Positions 62,891-64,000 of a stretch of DNA of 64,000 nucleotides are shown piece by piece. Position 1 is the stretch's first letter. Each line of letters begins with the position of its first letter. Origin of the DNA: Desulfobacterales bacterium (lineage in GTDB: Bacteria > Desulfobacterota > Desulfobulbia > Desulfobulbales > BM004). The position numbers and the translations under genes were made by a program. The stretch lies in contig JAKITW010000002.1 in assembly GCA_021647905.1 (NCBI GenBank), positions 6,210 to 70,209 of the forward strand, in the 5' to 3' direction. The notes beneath the pieces are model-generated. The model had not been told where the DNA came from. It saw only the letters and a program-made list of their open reading frames with translations, and did no database searches.

Positions 62891-63940
62891 ATGATGATCC
62901 GGCCCGGCCGCTTGATCCGGTACCTGCCGGTCCTTGTGCTGGCCCTTTTTCTGGTTGGCCGGATCAGCGATACGGCCCTGGCCGCGGAACGGCAAGCACC
63001 CTGGACCTTTCGCCTTTATATTGAAAACGACGGGTTTGACCGTGGCGACGAATATTACTCCAACGGGATCAAGCTGAGCTGGCTCTCGCCGGATTTTGTC
63101 GACCATGAGCCGGCCGCCGGCCCATCATGGCGCGGCAAGGTGGCCCGCTGGTTCCCCTGTATGAGCCGGCCGGGCATGACCCGGAATCTTGCCGTTTTTC
63201 TGGGCCAGAACATCTATACCCCCCTGGATGTCGACCAGGCGGGCCTGGTTGTCAATGACCGGCCCTACGCCGGCTGGACTTACGGCGGGGCCGCGGTCCA
63301 CGGCAGAACCGGGGCCTGTCTTGATATTCTGGAGATTCAGCTGGGTGTGGTCGGCCCCCTGTCCATGGCCGAGGAAACCCAGAAGTTTATTCATGATTTT
63401 AAGAGCTTTTTTATACCGAACGGCTGGAACAACCAGCTCCACAACGAACCGGGCCTGGTGCTGACGGTTGAGCGGCGGTGGCGGGCCTGGCAGGCCCGCC
63501 GCCGGGCGGGCCGGGGATTCGGCGCTGATGCCATCACCCGTCTGGGGGCAACGCTGGGCAATATCGCCACCTATGCCAATACCGGCCTGGAGGTCCGCCT
63601 GGGCTGGAACCTGCCCGATGATTTCGGCGTCTCCCGGATTCGACCGGCCGGTGACAGCGGTGCGCCAACCGGGGAGCGAACAGGCGGCCAGACCCGGGCC
63701 TATCTTTTCGGCTCCGGCGAAGGGAGGGTTGTCTGGCGGGATATCTTCCTGGACGGCAACACCTTTGTCAGCAGCCACCGGATCGACAAGAAACCCCTGG
63801 TCGGTGATTTTGCCCTGGGCATCCGCCTGGCCCATGGCCGCTACGGCATCTCCTTTGCCCACATTTACCGGACCAGGGAGTTTGACGGTCAGCCCGAGGA
63901 CCATACCTATGGGTCGCTTGTTTTTTCTTTTTCCTATTGA
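62891..63940 (+). CDS. Lipid A deacylase LpxR-family outer-membrane protein (DUF2219-like)
   Basis: Signal peptide, then YIENDGFDRGDEYYSNGIKLSW, GQNIYTP and the C-terminal ..YGSLVFSFSY beta-barrel terminus. Start moved to ATG 62891, because the track start at 62831 lies inside repeat A6. Confidence 0.78.
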   Translation: MMIRPGRLIRYLPVLVLALFLVGRISDTALAAERQAPWTFRLYIENDGFDRGDEYYSNGIKLSWLSPDFVDHEPAAGPSWRGKVARWFPCMSRPGMTRNLAVFLGQNIYTPLDVDQAGLVVNDRPYAGWTYGGAAVHGRTGACLDILEIQLGVVGPLSMAEETQKFIHDFKSFFIPNGWNNQLHNEPGLVLTVERRWRAWQARRRAGRGFGADAITRLGATLGNIATYANTGLEVRLGWNLPDDFGVSRIRPAGDSGAPTGERTGGQTRAYLFGSGEGRVVWRDIFLDGNTFVSSHRIDKKPLVGDFALGIRLAHGRYGISFAHIYRTREFDGQPEDHTYGSLVFSFSY

Positions 63941-64000
63941 TGGAGGAGGGTTGGTCGATGTAGGATAGTTCGCCGGCCATGTTTGTCTCTTTACCAAACA

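Overview
This is a 64-kb chromosomal window from a GC-rich bacterium. The gene repertoire looks Desulfobacterota/deltaproteobacterial, but that taxon call is inference only. I support about 57 protein genes and one tRNA-Val(CAC).

Housekeeping genes: tatA x2, mtaD, a PNP-family phosphorylase, thrC, gpmI, rsfS, topA, rdgB, gpsA, gyrA, gyrB, dnaN, gatCA, hisC, cmk, ald and serA.

Signalling block at 9.8-21.4 kb: a TPR membrane protein, an orphan GspE/PilB-type ATPase with four MshEN-like motifs, a 7TMR-DISM class III cyclase, a REC-PAS-LuxR regulator, a histidine kinase and a periplasmic binding protein.

Two sulfur-trafficking clusters: YeeE-TusA followed by a Gly/Tyr-repeat protein, and TusA followed by two DsrE-like genes and an unannotated 57-aa ORF.

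A radical-SAM/glycosyltransferase trio lies at 48.2-51.7 kb.

The best candidate for an undescribed system is at 24.08-25.63 kb. An ORF too short for the supplied track (33 aa, Cys-Cys core, strong SD) is followed by a hairpin terminator and a radical SAM/SPASM maturase-like gene. It sits directly downstream of a TonB-dependent receptor. I read this as a putative RiPP, possibly a metallophore-type locus.

The intergenic space is unusually full of at least three families of structured dispersed repeats. One of these is a ~106-nt element with copies up to 100% identical.

dnaN-gyrB-gyrA lacks dnaA and recF, abuts a ~250-bp AT-rich spacer, and dnaN is visibly AT-richer than its surroundings.

Many long ORFs in the track are antisense mirror ORFs typical of GC-rich DNA and were rejected.

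All homology statements come from reading motifs by eye. No searches were run.
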